Origin: Rhina ancylostomus
Taxonomy: Eukaryota
Assembly (NCBI GenBank): GCA_030265395.1
Contig: JARFYF010000002.1
Location: 57,081,372 to 57,145,371, forward strand
Direction: 5' to 3'
DNA: 64,000 nt
A program made the position numbers and the translations under genes. Positions 50,638 to 63,679 of the stretch are shown here, one piece after another (position 1 is the stretch's first letter; every line of letters starts with the position of its first letter). The notes beneath the pieces were generated by a model. That model made no database searches, had not been told where the DNA came from, and saw only the letters and a list, made by a program, of their open reading frames with translations.

Positions 50638-53257
50638 GTAAAGTTTAGCTTATCTCACGTTAGCCTTTATATTTCAACTATTTTGTTTGATTGTGAACTT
50701 TTAACAATTGTAGTGTTTTAAAATTAGAAAATACTGGAACTTTGAACGAATCAGACAGCATCCATGGAAAGAGGAGCAGAATTAGTATTTCAACTTGATG
50801 ATCTGAATTGTCATGTTAATTATCAGTGCTCTCTCCTGTAATATGCAGTGAAATTTATAATTAGTTTTGGTCCTGGCAAAAATAAATAACGTGGGGCAGT
50901 GGCACCCAATAAATTTTGGAAAATGGTTACTTTCTATTTACACGTGTACATATTTGTATATTTAAATTATATTTTTAAAATAATTGTTACCCAGTTTGAT
51001 ATAATGCTTCTCTAGCCCACGAAATGTACTAACTATTTCGGATATCTTCACAAGATACAAGTAATCAAACATTGATTATTTCATGAAAAATTAGTTGCCC
51101 TTCACATTAAGATAGGTATTTTTCTTGTTATCTTTAACTTTTATTTCCCATATCACTGTGAAACACACATTGTGAAATCACACTGAAAACATTTGTTTTG
51201 AATGTACTTGGATTTCAGAAGAAAAATAAGAAAACATAACCATTTTCTCTCTGAATAATTCCAACAAATTCCTGCCATGCATTGTTTTTTCTCAGGGCTT
51301 GTTTTTTGCTCCATTTTAGGGGTTTCCATCTTTTCAGCTGGACCTTGGGTTGGAATGTCTTTGTCTCATTGGCATAAGAGATCAGGCAACTCCATGCCTT
51401 GAGAAGCACATGCAGTTATTAATGCAATATTTTGGTCTCTTCCACAAACACACAATCATTACATTTTCACAGCTTCTGCACTTGTAACCTCATTGCCCAT
51501 CCTATGGGGAATAATGTATTGAGTTTTCCAGCAAGTGAAATGTTTCTCATGTCTTGGTGGTATAGAAGTGTTCAGAAAGTACATTATTTTTACTCTTGTT
51601 CCTCCTGGGCTCTTCAGGTGATGTTCAAACTTGTAACATATATGTTTCCCATTGAAGAAGCATACCTATTCATCTGAAGATCTCCAAAATTCAGTTTTAT
51701 TGGCTAAAATGATGGATCATGAAACTGAGTGTGTGAACAGTTTCTGACTTGGTCTTGACTGTACTTAATAATGACATAATCACAACAGCGCTGTTGACAA
51801 GCACAGTGCCCAGACTGACAAATTTTTGATTCAATCCTTTCAATTAGTGATCTGTAGAGAAGCTTGCATTGTTGGTCACGCTATTTCGTACAACAAGGGA
51901 AAATCTCCAACATGAAAAGCACCTTGCACTGTTTGCCAGCCAACTCAATTATCTGTCTTCTGAGAAGTTACAAGGCCAAAAATATCCATGTAAGATCAGA
52001 GTCATTAGGGTTGTTCATTCTATAGTTTCAACCAGTTCGTTGTTGCCATTTAGTTTCACACATCACAAGCTGCAAACCATTTTGATGGTGACATTTTCCA
52101 GACCAAACACAGTAATGGCATGTATTTTCTCATTGTCCATTGATATTTCTGCTGAAGCAAGGCTACATACAACCTTGAGAAAATGTTCCACTTCTGGACA
52201 TGGTATCTAGTGTCATGGTTTAGGGGTAGGCTGCTTTATAGTTCAGCAAAACACTTGTTCTTTGGCTGTTTTCATTGCTGTCAATTTTATTTAAAGGTTG
52301 GGCTCATTAAAAGTGGAGAATGGTTACTCTCTAGTTCCTAGGATTAAATTTTCCAATAATGCCTCCTGAGTTACCATGATAGAAGAGCTGTGCCAGATGT
52401 GCCCCCGCTGAAACTTTGCTGTGAAAATATATTGCGCTCTCAAATACTTTGCCTGATTTTCGTGAGTGGACAGATTGGAAGCATAAAGGAGTTAAAATCC
52501 ACCATGTATTTATTATCACATGGTCATTTTAATGCACCTTTGTGGTTGAGGTGCCCAATTAACTCAGCCTAGGCTTTAGACCAATGTGTAAATTGAGGTT
52601 CCCACACTTGTATTAAAAACCTAATCTCACCACATTTATGTTAACAAGCTCAGCCATTATAGTGGAATAGCTTTTTCAGACTGGTTGCCAGTGGTAGTCC
52701 ATGTACCTCCTTGCTGATCAATGCTGGTTTTTAAATTCCCACAGTAGAAATTTTATGATAAGAAAGACAGATATTTGGTGGTACTTGTCTGCATTGACTT
52801 CAGATCGTTCAACTGGAATAATCCCATTCTCTCCCAATACTCATTCTTTATGTAAATAACCACTTTAAAAACAATTATCATCTTGTATTGGGAAGTTTTC
52901 TTTCACTTTGAGGATGGCTGTTGTACTCTTCTGTTTTCGTATTATTTGTCTACATCATGCATTCTTGACCAGTTTAATTTCTAATTCACGGATGTTTACA
53001 TTTTACGGCTTTTCTCATTTTGAATGCATAAACCTAAGTGGAAAGTGCCCTACACCAACACCACACCCCCAGCCCATCAACTCAATCTCAATTTGAGAAA
53101 GAATAGCCCTCAGTGTTTTGGCCTTTCACGATAACCCAGGCTCCAGTGAATCTGTGTGAACTTTTTCCTCTGCTGCTGTATTCCCTTTATGATGAAAATT
53201 CCACAATGATGTGTTTCTGGCTGCATTTTTATACACAATCATGTTGTCTTTTGTTAT

Positions 53258-53830
53258 TGAGTCATAGAGTGAGATAGCAGAGAAATGGGGCCTTTGGCAC
53301 ACTGAGTCTGGGCTGACCACCAACCGCCCATTTACATGAATCCTACATTAATCCAATTATTTATTCCCATTAACTACCCCTAGATTCTACCACTCACATA
53401 CACCGGGGCAATTTACAGTGGCCAACTAACCTCCCAACCCACACGTCTCTGGAATGTGGGAGGAAACCAGAGCACCTGGACATAACCCACACTGTAACAG
53501 GGAAAACATGCAAACTCCATGCAGACAGCACTTGAGATCAGGATTAAGGGGGTCTCTGGCACTGCAAGGCAGTAGCTCTGCTAGCTGCTCACATCCACCT
53601 ATGCCAATTCATGTTAATTTAACTGTTCTCCCATTAATTTTCCCTCCCACACCCTATTCTCCCAACATTCCTGTCAACTCCCCCCCAAAATTTTACCAAG
53701 TCCATGTCTTTGGGATGTGGGAAGAAACTGGAGCACCCTAGGGGGAAACCCACAAAATCACAGGGAGAACATGCAAACTCCACACTAACAGCAGCTGGGG
53801 GTTAGAACTGAACTTCAGTTTCTGGAACTA
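53258..53830 (-). mobile_element. Two tandem HE1/V-SINE-like copies (about 53258-53585 and 53590-53830)
   Basis: Each has atgtggga(g/a)gaaac...gagcacc...acccaca...catgcaaactcc. Confidence 0.8.
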
Positions 53831-56129
53831 CAAGGAGGTAAGGAGAAAACTAGAGGAGGTGCAGTTAATGTTACAGCAAAATGAGTGGCCCAGATTTCAC
53901 CTCAGCCCAGTTTTAATTGGTTAAATTGATCAGGAATCAATAAAACAGAAAAAAAAGTTCAAATCTAACTTCAGCAGGCTCAACAAATTTTAATGCACAA
54001 GTTGGTGCTTGATCTGACTTGCTGCTTATGCTCCCACCACCTTGTATGGGTGGTAACAGCAATCTTTTATGGTTCCCTGGGTCAAATTGAGCTCCAAACC
54101 TCAGCATCGTTGCCATCCTGCAAAGCAGATTGGGCTGCAAGAGGTGCTAGGCCTTGGGTGCTGGATCCTGAGGCCCTGCCCCTAGCCTGCGTTAATGACA
54201 GCTTGTGTTGTATTTACATTTGGCCTCCTTAGCTGTGTTTAAATGTCTGAGATTTGGAATTGATCAAACTAATTTTAAAAATTTCAAATCACTGACTTAT
54301 AGAAATTAATTGAAAACATAAAGTTAAATAAAATATAAAAAAAATAAAAACAAACCACCTACCTTCACTCACTCTTTCAATTAGGTTGACAACCCCATTC
54401 AAATGAACAAGGTTGTGCAAGCAACTTGAGCTATCCTTGGCTTAGATGCTGAGTGTCTGGCCCCACAGCTCGGCATGACTGATCACCTCCTCTGGACCTG
54501 GTGCTGAATCCAGTAGCAGCACAGGAGGTCAGATGCACATAATACTTACACCTGAAAGTCAGGCAGAGGCTGCCCTGTGCACTGCAGCTGCTTGGAAATT
54601 CTCCTGGAACCATCAGTTGGCTGTCAGCACAATCCAAGCTCTAATCTGTCCATTTTACCAAGTTAAGTGATTAAGGTGACAGATGTTTAGTCTTTTAAAT
54701 TGTTAACGTAAGAACCATCATGGTAGTTCTTATCCTGATCCTGTGATATCAACCTCTGAAGTGTGAGAAATATCCACTTTCTGTGGATATATCAGTCTTT
54801 AACCTGTGCCACTGATGTGTCTATAAAAAGAACAATGACTTCTGAATTGAAGCTCTTTTCCACTCACTTTATTGGTTATTTATGTAAGTCTACGATTTGT
54901 TGAGGGGGAAAAAACATGTTGCACTTCACCACAGATTAAAAGGCTGTCCAAATACTCTATTTATTTTGTTTTAATAGAATGATCCATCACAGGAGGAGGC
55001 TATTCAGCTCATCATTGTTTACTATGATTAACAGCAAATAAATATATGTCTCATGTTAATGGTTGGTTCTCGCTGCTGTAGTCCCTCCAGTGTTCAGTGT
55101 TGCACCCTCAGTTCCATTGCGTAAGAGATGCTTTTTCAGTTCTCAACTGAACCACAGGGTGGAGTAAAGCACCACAAAGATTGTCCACGTCACCTGGCTC
55201 AAGCCCCCTGCTGGTGGGTTTATGGACAACCTCTCCCAGTCATCCCAGAATAAGTGAAAGGTACCATCATGCCATCTTTATAAGTACATGGATAAGAATT
55301 AGGTCGAAAGGAATAATGCTTGAAGAGGCAAACCAGTTCAGCCAAAATTTTATTCCTAAAAATAGGCCCTCAAGAAAAGTCCAATTTCCTGGACATCTTG
55401 GGGCAGTTTTCTGTTTCATTCCCTTACTTGATAAGAAACAGATTGTTTCCTGTCTGATGGACAGAATGTGAATTAAGCAGATACCATGAGAAGACGGATA
55501 CTGTTGCCAGCTTCCTCCTCCAGGCAATGAATTTGCTTAGGGAAACAAACAGCTAAATCCTTTCCAATCTGGGCTTTTACTTGTAATGATCATTTTTGGA
55601 TTATTTTTACCTGATAATTTTATTTGTACCAAGCAATTATTTTGACACATTGACATATTGCTCAGGTTATTGAGCTATTATCTGCTGAGCTATTTTGAAC
55701 AGTATTTTCATAAGAAATGTGTCCTGAGGAAAAATAAGTTTCTTTGAAACCCAGTGAGGAAGTTGGTCACTGCAGAACTAATGAAGCTAAGAAGGCACTC
55801 TGTCCTTAACCAAGTATCTTGATGGGTGAAGCATTCTGTTTCAAAAATTGTGCAAATATCAGGTGTAACAAATAAAAGGAATGGGAATTATGATCTCTAT
55901 CATTGCTCTTCCCACTGACTAAATTTAGACTAGAGGATTCAGATGTGCAGTGCCTCTTCAGTCACAATATCTGGGATATTAAGGTTATGTTCCAAGTCAG
56001 TAGACCTCCCTGCCTTCAGTTGACCAGCATCTCTTTAACCTAGTTGAAAACTAGAACTGGGTGCAGAATTGGAAAAGGGAATTAGGCACAAATTGAGTTT
56101 ATTTCCTCATCTTCTGGAATGATAAAACT

Positions 56130-56770
56130 TCTTCAGATCCCCGCCTTACCTTAAACCTATGCCCTCCGGTAGTAAACAGCTCTGTTAAGGGGTAAGAGTT
56201 TCTCACTGGTCACCCTATCTATGCCCTTCATAATTTTGTACATCTTACTCAGGCCCTCTCACAGCATTCTCTGCTCCAGGGAAAACAGTCTCAACCTATG
56301 CAGTCTCTGCTCATAACTGAAGCACTTTATCCCAGGCAACATCCTGGTGAGTCTCCTCTGCACNNNNNNNNNNNNNNNNNNNNNNNNNNNNNNNNNNNNN
56401 NNNNNNNNNNNNNNNNNNNNNNNNNNNNNNNNNNNNNNNNNNNNNNNNNNNNNNNNNNNNNNNNNNNNNNNNNNNNNNNNNNNNNNNNNNNNNNNNNNNN
56501 NNNNNNNNNNNNNNNNNNNNNNNNNNNNNNNNNNNNNNNNNNNNNNNNNNNNNNNNNNNNNNNNNNNNNNNNNNNNNNNNNNNNNNNNNNNNNNNNNNNN
56601 NNNNNNNNNNNNNNNNNNNNNAGCAGTAGCACATTAAAAACACAAGTTAGCATAAACTTTTGCCTTCAGGGATCCTTGGACATGTACACCAAGATCCCAC
56701 TGTTCCTCATTACTTCATGAGCTTTGCCATTCATTGGGTATACCGAGCCTGATTAGTTCTCCCAAATGTA
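56130..56770 (-). mobile_element. CR1 LINE 3' fragment spanning a gap
   Basis: Reverse complement of CR1 RT C-terminus (ccctatctatgcccttcataattttgtac, ctccagggaaaacagtctcaacc). Confidence 0.7.
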
Positions 56771-58524
56771 AACACTGTCAGAAGTACAGCAGTCAACTTG
56801 TGAAGAGCAGTGTGGTGTTCTGAAAAGACAAGATGTTTTGAGCAGAACCCATGTCAAAAATAGAAGTGGGAAAGCATATTGCCAGGTACATCCAAACAAA
56901 ATGACTGAGGCGGAGGAGGAGAAGAGCAGCAGGTTTAAATAGAGGCAAAAATTCTTACTTCTCCCACAGACAGGCAGTCTGTGGGTTTCGCCTGAGCTTA
57001 ATTCAGGATCATACATGTGGGGATGGATGTTAATCATTCACTCAGTTTCAGTGTCTCCTGGCAGCACTGGTGGATACTGCACATGTGAGAGTGAGATTTT
57101 CAGGTTCGTTGAGACACCAATATAAAAATCACAGCCCAGTGATATGATCAACGCAAATCAATATTTCAGCTTAACTTGGAGATATACATTATATCAAAGT
57201 TGGCAGGGGACAGAACACTGACCAGATAGAGATCAAAATAAGTTGAGGTTATTTTAATTGACAGATGAATTCCTTGAGGGCCAGGAAAAGCAATTGCACC
57301 TCATTTGGCAAGAGAATGTTTTCTTTCTGCCTCTTCATGAGGCTTTTCCACCCAACCTCTGATCAGCTGGAGGTCATTCCTCGGGAGCTGAAAGTGCCAG
57401 GCTCCCAATCTAATTCTTGTTCTTGGTCTCTATGCCTGATATAACTTTTGCATGCTTTTCGATTCTTCTGTGAATAAATTCCATCTGTTCCCTTTCAATA
57501 ATTTAATTTATTTATAGTTTCACTAATTTCACAGCAAAAATGTGTTTATATTGCAAATTAGGATCATGTGCAGACATGTCCCTGAATTCACTGACGTTAG
57601 TCACTCCCAGAAGTGGATCCCATGTTGTCTCTGGTCCATGAGTAATTAAACTACCTCACACCTTCACACAGAAATGTTCCTCAAGCAATATGAATGTAGC
57701 TCCTTGACCTCCTAGACTGAATATTGTGTCTTTCACGTGTATTCCTGTATTGTCCCCTCCAGTCATTAAGTGATTAGACTCAGCATTTTAGAAGATTCAG
57801 CTAGAATAAAGCATTTGACTTCTCTGACCAAAAGAAAATGTGTGATGCAACAGTTACAGCACTCATTTCATTCCGTACAACTTGTTTTCTGTAAACAATG
57901 AACATGGCTCCCTTGGCACTCATGGGTCTCCTTTCTTGACTTGAACCAAGTTACATCTAATGTTTCTCCTCTTTCTTTTAAACTTCCAGTCTGGTAAAAA
58001 TTTACTTGGCAGTTGTTTTTGTTTGAAAACCTCAATTTCTCTGATTGTTTGTCTGCGTCTAGATGAGAGGTTCATTGACGTACAGCTTTCACCAAATGCT
58101 TGCAATCAAAGATTCCCCGAAATATTTGGGTGTGGGCTGTGTATTGGTTGTGAAGCCAAGCTAACAAATTAATTTTGGTCTTGCAGAAAAATACTTAAAA
58201 GTGTGATTTTAATCACTTTCCATCTCATTGCTCATTTCTAACCTTGCATTTTGCTTCAAAGTCTCAATTTATAATTTAGAATCTTTCTCAAATTATCTGC
58301 AGAGAAAAATTAGTCAAATATCCAAAAAGTTTATTTGTCCTTTTGATAACAAAGGCATCCCAGTGTGACTAAGGTTCCAAAGTAATTAATGTGATATGCC
58401 ATTTCTAGTTTGTGATGGTAAATATTAATTCTTAAACCAAGTTACTGGAGTTTAATGGTAAATTCATTGCATACAGTAGACACAAGTGTGGCTTTAATTG
58501 GCAACTGAAATTATAAAAACTTGC

Positions 58525-58665
58525 CAATATCAGAAATCTGAAATAAAAACCAAAAAATGCTGGAAGCCATCAACAAGTCAGGCAGTATCTGTGGCAAGAG
58601 AAACAGATCTTTCTACAGATGCAACGTGATCTGCTGAATGCTTCCAGTTATTTTCTCTTTTTATT
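58525..58665. mobile_element. Short Penelope-terminus fold-back element
   Basis: aaaatgctggaagc...tcaggcagtatctgtgg / acagatgc...tgatctgctgaatgcttccag inverted arrangement. Confidence 0.55.
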
Positions 58666-60112
58666 TAATTAATAACAGTTGGGAAATTAATTTGCTTTGG
58701 AATTGATTATTTTTGTTGTCTGCAGATAATGTAAGAACATGATTAAGTTAAAGTTATAGACTGGATCAGTTGAAGGGCATCAGATCAGCTGGAGCCCATG
58801 AGATGAAAGTTAGCATTATGATTGATCCTGCAATTTCTTTGATCGGTGCTGCTTCAGTAAACTGTTTCTCAGTACTTTTTTTCTGGAAGTGCCAACTTCA
58901 ACAGCAAAGCCAGTTTAAAGTTTTATCCTTTTTTTTAAGTCATATTTTTATTATTTTGCACTTTAGAAACCTGTGTTCTTTTTAGTGTCTGGTTGATCTA
59001 TTCAAAGAGCAACAATAATTATCTTAAGGCAAGTGCTTTTGTAATGGTCCAAATATTATGAAGTCTATGTATTGTTGTCAGATGTGGCAGAGAAGTGATA
59101 AATTCCATCAGTATTTTGTCACAAAGGAAAAGACGACCGCCAACCAACTTAGATTTTTTTTTGTGTGTATATTTACGTGTGTGGCTGTGCGAATGTGTAT
59201 GTGTGCTCTACACTAATGCACAACTGGGGGTAATGGAAACATCCCTTAAATCTGGCATGAATCCAGCTTGTTTATAATCTATTATTTATCCCTGATGACA
59301 TTACAAAATTCTGGAAACACCCTTTATGGTGGTTCTTTTTTTATTAATCTCCTTTTATTGTGTCAGTGAATTATTCATTTAAGTTACTGGTTGTAATTCA
59401 TGTTCCGTTATTCCAAATTAAGACACCCCTTTTCCAAATGTTAAATTTTAGCAGGTTTTGTTGAGAGGGACGGCTCCATTTCTCCCAATACTGGTAACTT
59501 AGCTCTCAATTAGGAGCTACCTTTCTATTCATACTACAGGCAGTTTGGCTTAAGTCAGCAAATTTTTCTCAGAAGGACTTGTCCTCATGAATAAGTAACC
59601 AACCAGACAATTCTCCTCATCCCAAAATCTGCTGGTATTCAGATGAGAAATCCTTTTTTTTTCTCCTTTCTCTTTGTGTTAGCTAGTGTTTGTAATTTTC
59701 TTTTAAAAGCGGTTTCTTTTAAAAGTTAATCTTCACCTGTGCACCTGCAGCATGTCAACCCATCTGCTCACAAAGCATAATTTATGAAGTGTTACTCTTG
59801 GTAACAAATCAATAGGCATAAATAAGGTATTCCATTTTTAATCTCAATTTAATAGTGCTGAGTAAGTGTGAAGAGCACTTTAAAATAATGCACGTAATTT
59901 CTTGGTACAATCCATCTTTAGTGAATAAATTTTCATCTAACGGTATAGCCATGTTTGACAAGAGGCTTTGTTTTCATCTGCGTTGCAGTGGAGTGCTGAA
60001 GCTGTTTTTTTGATGCACAGTCTTGTTCTGAACCAGACAGTCTGAGTGCTTGAATTCCCCAGTGTTTTTTGAGAGAGACAGGGCTTAATTTCTTTGTCTG
60101 TTCATTCAATAG

Positions 60113-60209
60113 GCAAAGAAAAGACGAGCTAGAGCAGCGGATGTCAGCCTTGCAAGAGAGTCGCCGTGAGCTGATGGTGCAGCTTGAAGGACTAATGAAG
60201 CTGCTGAAG
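60113..60209 (+). CDS. DTNB: DTNB coding exon (97 nt, phase 2-0), coiled-coil helix 2
   Basis: Acceptor ttcaatag|G, donor AAG|gtaaga. Translates [32 protein letters not shown]. Confidence 0.96.
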
Positions 60210-61225
60210 GTAAGAAATGTTCCCTGCCACAATATAGACTTTAGAAACCTTCATCTCCTTTATGGATGGAATATTTTATTCCCCTGTTTTTTTTTGCTCT
60301 GGCTTTGTTCTTGGCATTCATGTAATTCATTTATCCAATTTACTCTTCACATTATTATTACATTAAATTATAATTGGAAAAAATATGCTCACCAATTTAA
60401 ATTTGTATTTTTGTGTACTCTGTCATGAAATGAATTTTCTCCTCCAACCAAGGATGCTTTACTTCTGGGGAACTGTGATGACGCATTGTGCTTTGAAAAG
60501 GTGGGACAAGGTTCACAGGCAGTCAGACTCCTGCACTGAGCTTCTAAAACGCAGTTGTGCAGTCACAGGCAATGTAGGACATAGGTGTAATGATCCCTGG
60601 TGGAGAAGCCACCTAGGGTTCTTTGGTATGTGTCCCAGAAGTTATGTGAAGATCTGACTGGAAGTGTTTGCTCCTGAGCAGAATGAGACAGAGAAAAAAC
60701 AAAAATTACTTTAGAGTTAAGAAATTTTGTATCTTTGCCGAAATCAGCTCAGTTCATCTTCTTACCGTTTTGAACATTTTGTAATATTTCATTTTCTGTT
60801 CATATGACTGCATGCAGCTATGTTTTTAATTAAGGAATGTGCAATGCTAATAAGGGAATTTTGACATCTCAAATCAATTTCAATTTAGATATGATTTCAA
60901 AAACAAAAATGCATTAGACTCCGGTGTTGGTAATTTAATGGCCTTGAATTATTAAGTGATTCTCCCTTTTCAGCTCCAGCTGAGATTTTCCCTTGGATTC
61001 TGCTGCTCTTCAGAGTTACAGCCACCCAGCTCCCCTCATTCTTCCCCACCCCCATCAAATATCAAAGCCAGCATGTTCTTTTGAAAGTAATTTATAACAG
61101 TCTTTTAGGAAAGTATATTCATCTATAAATCTATCTTGGCTGAGAAGTTGATGTTGTCGAGAAGGGTATTACTAATGACTGTGAACAAACATTACTCTCA
61201 CTGTTGTAGGTTTTTTTTCTCCCAG

Positions 61226-61396
61226 GCCATGCTAGTATTGGGTAGGGATTTTGACCCAAAGCACAGAAGGGCTGATAATGGTCCAGAACTTGCTGACAGC
61301 AATGAGTCACCTGCACAGCATGTTGGTTCCCAAACAGAGTTTGGCATGCCTGCTGAAACTTCCCCCACAGGAGCTTCTGGTACAGAGATGATTTGA
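61226..61396 (+). CDS. Candidate alternative terminal exon of DTNB (56 aa plus stop)
   Basis: Strong acceptor ttttttttctcccag|G in phase 0, matching the preceding exon. Open frame AMLVLGRDFDPKHRRADNGPELADSNESPAQHVGSQTEFGMPAETSPTGASGTEMI*. No homology recognised; unverified. Confidence 0.4.
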   Translation, partial: AMLVLGRDFDPKHRRADNGPELADSNESPAQHVGSQTEFGMPAETSPTGASGTEMI

Positions 61397-63679
61397 TCCC
61401 ACATGGTAAAGGCCTGTGCATCAACAGAGCTTTATGAAAAGGACTAAAACACAAACAGCTGAAATTTTGACAGTCAGCCAAGCTTTTCAATGTGGCTTAG
61501 CAGGTTGTCAAAACTCCTGAATCACCTGTTTTTTGCTGATGTTCACAAACATATAGAAAATTACTAAAATTATTTATAACTTTGAATTTTTAAATGCAAA
61601 AAGATCAGCTGAAACACATATACATCCAGATACAATCAAGGCAATTAAATCAGCAAATTCTTGAGACTCAGTGCCACTTCATTGAAATCAATGGAGCAGA
61701 TTGTCCTTGACCTGGATTTTCTGCCAGGTCCACCTGGCTGGACTCTGGATGCAGGGGGCTGGACAAGATGACCAGTTGAGGCAGAACAGGCTGCACACCT
61801 CTTATCCTGAGGTGTCACCACACCCCACCCCAGAACACTTTGAAGCTTTGAACCACTGTGAAATTTTATAGTAATTAAAAAAAAGATTCAAATTATTAAA
61901 AAAATAACAATAATACGTTTAATTAAAGCAGTTCAAAATACTAATGAATGATTGAAAATGATTAATATCATTTAAGTCCTTCCCTGAACTGTTTCCACAG
62001 TGAAAGCACCCTGTTATGTTTGCATGCCAGCCCATCCTGAAATAAAGCTGAAGAGGTAGATGCAGTGCATTGGGAATCTCCTCACAGCATGTCAGTTCTC
62101 TGCTGCTGGCCTGCATGAGTGCAGCACTGGAGTTAGAATTCACATGTACTGGCATCTTGGTTCTGGCTTATCTCACACTTTTGCTTTAGGCCAGGTACAC
62201 GTGCAAGGCTGCGATGTGCTGAGTCCTGAATGGCTGCAGTCAGCAGTTTCCTATGGAGCTGAAGCCTAACGTTCTGCTCAACTCCACCCAACTGTGAAGC
62301 AGTTCCTTCTCCTCCATTGTGATGTGGAATTCTGGGTTCCCTCACATTTGTTCTGCTTTGGAACACAGTTACGCTGGGAAATGTCAGCTATTATGCAGAT
62401 AAATGCTGATATGCTCCCCCCAAAATTTTGACCATGAAATTCAAAGGCAGAGGTGGCACTCCGCACCTGAGTAATGTGAGATTTTTGAATGCTGTGGCAT
62501 CTCCCAACTAAATAATGGCTATTTCAGCACAATCCTGGCTTGATTGTATAGGTAGTAGTGAGCCTTTGAGGAGTCATAAGGTGAGCCACCTTTTATAGAT
62601 TACTCATACCTTGTGCTGCTTTTTATGAATCCCAATAAACTTCTGGTGTGATAACGTGTTGATGAGGGGGCTTTGCAACAGTTGTTCCATCCTAAGTGAG
62701 AAGAACGTGATGATGTAGATGTACCACAATTTGGCGCAGTCAAAAATTGGGAAAACCAGGGCTATCCTGTACCACATCCACTGTGAATCCAAACTATTGT
62801 CACCATCTCAGTCACTGACTGCTAATTTGGGATGAACAATTCTCTTCATGGTCTTGTGTCCCATTTAACTCTGAGCTAGGCTTTCTATTCCTCTCCATTG
62901 CAAAGGCTGCCACTGCTTCCTGTATAACATCTTCGATCTCCACTTTATTTCAGTTCATCCATACCTGAAGCCCTCATCTCCCTGCCTCCCTACCCTAACC
63001 CCAAGTTTTGAGTTGGATCACCAAGCCCCCAATTTTTAGAGAATTTTATTCAAAATTTAAAGTGAAAGTCTGGCCTGTTACCATGAAGCTAACTTTGTTA
63101 GTACAGTAAGATATGTACATCATTGCTAAAATTGCTCTGAGCCTTAGAGATGGTTTCAGGACCTTGTAAAAGGTAACTAAGGAGGGAACAATGCAAAGGA
63201 CCAAAGAACCTTGTAGCCTTGAGAAAAATGACTATCTGATGAGGTTTGAATACAATTGAGTGCACCTGGAAGAGAGACCAAGAAAGCAAAAAAATCTTGT
63301 ATTTCAATTGATAGCTTGATCATTACTTTTGTCACATGTATTCGGGTAAATTTATTATTGATCCTCAGTAATCCTATTGGTCTTAAGGTTATGCAGCATT
63401 TCTCCTTGCTGTCATGTTTTATTGGGATGTTTGCCAAATTTTGTACTAAAATAGCACTTGAGAGTTGAAGTCAGAAGGCATGGAAATATCTTCCACCTTA
63501 AATTGGGCTAATNNNNNNNNNNNNNNNNNNNNNNNNNNNNNNNNNNNNNNNNNNNNNNNNNNNNNNNNNNNNNNNNNNNNNNNNNNNNNNNNNNNNNNNN
63601 NNNNNNNNNNNNAAAAAAGATATGGAATAAAGATATTGAGAGGAATAGATTGAGTAGACAGCCAGGGCACCAATGCTCA

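Larger units (their letters stand above)
9454..60209 (+). other. DTNB: Partial beta-dystrobrevin gene; six coding exons identified, gene extends beyond both window ends
   Basis: Six exons join in frame (phases 2-2, 2-2, 2-0, 0-2, 2-2, 2-0) to give [212 protein letters not shown] and SSGxPTPTK are beta-type rather than alpha-type (recalled sequences). Confidence 0.93.

Noticed and set aside
9454-60209. Assignment to DTNA, dystrophin or utrophin
   Set aside because: Diagnostic stretches (SSGAPTPTK, VLDSPSR, AEAGN, FNFDANK) follow the beta-dystrobrevin pattern.
60210-60428. Read-through ORF after LMKLLK ([11 protein letters not shown]...)
   Set aside because: A strong AAG|gtaaga donor and low-complexity hydrophobic intron-like translation indicate chance openness.
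61198-61404. Antisense 68-aa ORF overlapping the candidate terminal exon
   Set aside because: Most simply a shadow of the locally GC-richer + strand frame; no supporting minus-strand gene structure.
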